From Azolla caroliniana (taxonomy: Eukaryota; Plantae; Polypodiophyta): a stretch of DNA of 64,000 nt. The stretch lies in assembly GCA_043228905.1 (NCBI GenBank), contig JBHGNT010000021.1, positions 12,214,001-12,278,000 on the forward strand, in the 5' to 3' direction. Below, piece after piece: positions 61,111-64,000 of this stretch. The notes under the pieces are model-generated. The model was not told where the DNA came from, did not search any database, and saw only the letters and a list, made by a program, of their open reading frames with translations. A program made the position numbers and the translations under genes. How positions within the stretch are numbered: position 1 is the stretch's first letter; each line of letters begins with the position of its first letter.

Positions 61111-63690
61111 TGTAGAAGAATACGATGTGCGGAAGCGTGCGTAAAAGACACAGTGTATATAGTTGATGTTCGGAAACACAACAATTCAGTAAATGTAGAG
61201 AACACAGAGAATGAGAGAGAGAGAGAGAGACAAAAACTTTTTCAAATAATACAATGTGTGCTGTACATAGGATGTGCTCAAAGAGCACTTTTATACAAGT
61301 CCATAAGGACTGACAAAAGTACTGACTCATACTTCAATGCTCATCAATGAGCCCCTACACTAACTCCCAAAATATATTCCTCCGTGGAATATCTATCCAA
61401 CGGACTCCTAGTTTACGCACCGATATGGCCTTTAGTTGCGCACCCAGTTTACGCACCCAATGTTGAGCTTGTATCTCAACACTCCCCCTCAAGCTCAACT
61501 TGAGGTTCTGCCTGCTCTTCCGGTTCTTCGCTCCTGCTTCTCTTGGCTTCACGCCTCAGTCGTGCTCCTCAACCCGTTCGATTCTGCGCGCCTCAACCCT
61601 TTCGGTCAGCTTGTTTGCTCATGTGGCCTTTCCCAACTCCCTTGCTATCGCGGTGTTGGCGCCACATTCACTGCCCTTTCTTCCACTTTACCTTTGGTTG
61701 ATTTGGCGTCTCTGAATTGAACTTTAGAACCGAATCGACTGTCTCTGATTCGTTTTCGGTCTTCAGGCCCTTGACCACATCTGACCATGTCCTGGTCTTC
61801 ACCTTCTTGCCCTTCTTGGCTTCATCTCCCCCTCGTTCGGCTGATTCCGGCTCTTCCCTTCGGCTGCTTCAACGGACCCAAAATTGAATTCTTCATCCGA
61901 CTCGTCTTCGCGGTCACTTTTGCTCCTTTCCTGCTCCCTTTCTTGGTCTTTTCTCCCCCTCAAGTTTCGCACATCGAGGTGCCGCAAACCGAGCGCACCC
62001 GAGAATTGCCGGAACTTGTCAAGACCAAGGGGCTTGGTGAAGATGTTGACAGTCTGCCGATCCGTCGGAACATATACTAGTTCGACTTCACCGAAAGGAC
62101 ACGATCGCGGACAAAATGGTAGTGTACCTCAATGTGCTTGGTCTGAGCGTGGAAGACGGGGTTCTTTGCAAGTTTAATGCTGCAAGTTGGATGCTCTATA
62201 CTCGACCTTCGTGCTCGACAAGGCAAATGTCGGCTGCTTCTTGCTGCTCTAGGCGATTGCGACACTCCCAAGCGAGAAGGTGAACCCAGATGTGGATCTA
62301 CGATCGTCGGGGTTTCCGGCCCAATTGACATCCGAGTAGCTGACGAGCCATTCGGCAATACTGGTCCAATATAGCAACGCCCTATCCTTAGTGCCGTAGA
62401 CATAACACAATATCCTTTGCGTGCACTGAAGGTGTTCGACTGTGGGCTGCGACATAAATTGACTGATCAGGTCGACGGGGTAATTGAGATCCGGCCGAGT
62501 GATTGTCAAATAAATTAGGATTCTGACAATTTGTCGGAACCGTGTCGGGTCGCACGCATTTCCCGAATCTCGGTGAAGCTTGACGTTTTTGTTCAGAGGA
62601 GTTGAGATGAACTTACACTCTGCCATCCCGACCTTGAAGAGCATACTCAACACGTAATGTCATTGGCTGATTAGTATGCCTTTGGGGGTGCGGATCACTT
62701 CGATCGCTAGGACGTAATGACGGTCCCTCAGTCCTTCATGTTGAATGATGCCGCAAGCTAGGACTTTACGCGGCCGATTTCATCCAGGTCGACGCCGACG
62801 ATGACTAAATCATCAACATAAAGTAAAATACTAACCGGTCCATGTCGACCCTGCTGGACGAACAATGAAGAGTCCGATTTGGACGTCGCAAACCCCATCC
62901 AACGCAGGCGTTGCGTGATCTTCGCGTTCCACGCGCGCGAGGCTTGCTTTAGTCCGTAGAGGGACTTCTTCAGTTGGCATACCGCCGAGGTGCTCCTTCC
63001 GGACTAAAATCTGGGGGGTTGTACCATGTACACTTGTTCCTCAAGTTCTCCTTGCAGGAACACATTCTTTACATCCATTTGATGTAAATGCCACCCCTTT
63101 ACGACAAGCAGGACACAGACGGTTGTCATCTTCGCGACCGATGCAAAGGTCTCATTGTAGTCGATGCCTTCGCCACTAATCGGGCCTTGTAGCAGTTGAC
63201 AGAGCCATCAGTGTTGTACTTGACCTTGTACACCCACTTGCATCCAATTGGCTTTATACCCTTCGGGGCGTCCACCAGGTCCCAGGGTTCACTTTCCGCT
63301 AATGCGTGCATCTCTTCCTCCATTGCAACATGCCAATTTGCGTCCTTCGCCGCTTCTGCATAGCTCTCCAGCTCACGCACTTCCATGTACGCATAATGAT
63401 GCGCCATATACTCGTTGTATTCGAACCGCACCACGGGATTCTTTTGGCAGGTAGATTGGCGTAATTGCTCATTGGCCGATTTTGAGGCCCTCTTGGCTGA
63501 TGCGGACTTCGTTTCCGAAGGTCCGTCTTCGTTTTTCCCAGAGCCAAATTCATTTCGATCCGATTTGTCTTTATCAGTGCCATACTCCGACATCTTATTC
63601 TTTCCCTTCTCTTCCAGCGTAAGCCGTCTCCTTGATTTCCGGCGCGGGGATTGCATGGCCGAGTCTCCACTACTCGCCGACTCGTCATTT
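61111..63690 (-). mobile_element. 5'-truncated Ty1/copia element with 3' LTR (~61111-61481), same family as 15160-18010
   Basis: [59 protein letters not shown] then TGTTGAGATACAAGCTCAACA. Confidence 0.88.
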
Positions 63691-64000
63691 CCCTCTAAAC
63701 AAGTTAGCAATGTGTTCTTAGCCCAAGTAATAGTTAGTACTAAAACTATCTCTCTAGTACATGTCTTAGCACTCCTAGATTCCGGAACTAATTCTTGCTT
63801 CATGGATAGGAATTTTGCCCAAGCTCATTAGATATCCCTAAGAAAACTCCCGTGTCCAGCCTCTATAGTAGTCATTGATGGTCATCCCCCCATTGCTTCC
63901 GGAAATATCATAGAAGAGTCAGAGCCCGTTAATATTTTCCTAGATAATATAGCGTGTGTACTATCCTTTAATATAATTAGTATCCCAGAACATCCCATTG
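63690..64000 (+). pseudogene. Protease-region fragment of a relative of the intact chromovirus
   Basis: FPSKQVSNVFLAQVIVSTK...LALLDSGTNSCFMDRNFAQ closely resembles 40085-40390; contains a stop and a frameshift. Confidence 0.85.

Noticed and set aside
63126-63803. 225-aa minus-strand ORF as a novel fusion gene
   Set aside because: It reads across the junction between antisense gypsy protease sequence and copia pol; an artefact of the junction.

Overview
Eukaryotic, almost certainly land-plant genomic DNA; a non-seed plant is likely given the TE families, but this is an inference. The window is mostly nested transposable elements plus one clear host gene, a 3-exon CHX (CPA2) cation/H+ exchanger on the minus strand (48984-51747). 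The most notable element is a ~7.8 kb TIR DNA transposon (2935-10692) with a Sola-like DDD transposase. Divergent from it lies an intron-containing cargo gene joining a ParB/Srx-like domain to a prokaryote-type beta-class amino (N6A/N4C) DNA methyltransferase; this copy carries stop codons. A second, internally deleted copy (31845-35819) has the same 38-bp TIRs and an expanded array of a ~41-bp palindrome. An intact, apparently very young chromoviral Ty3/gypsy element (38358-44022) shows a self-priming PBS, a -1 frameshift signal and an antisense tRNA-like Pol III cassette in its LTRs. The rest is degenerate gypsy and copia elements, a hAT-type MITE and microsatellites. All calls come from reading the sequence by eye; no searches were run.
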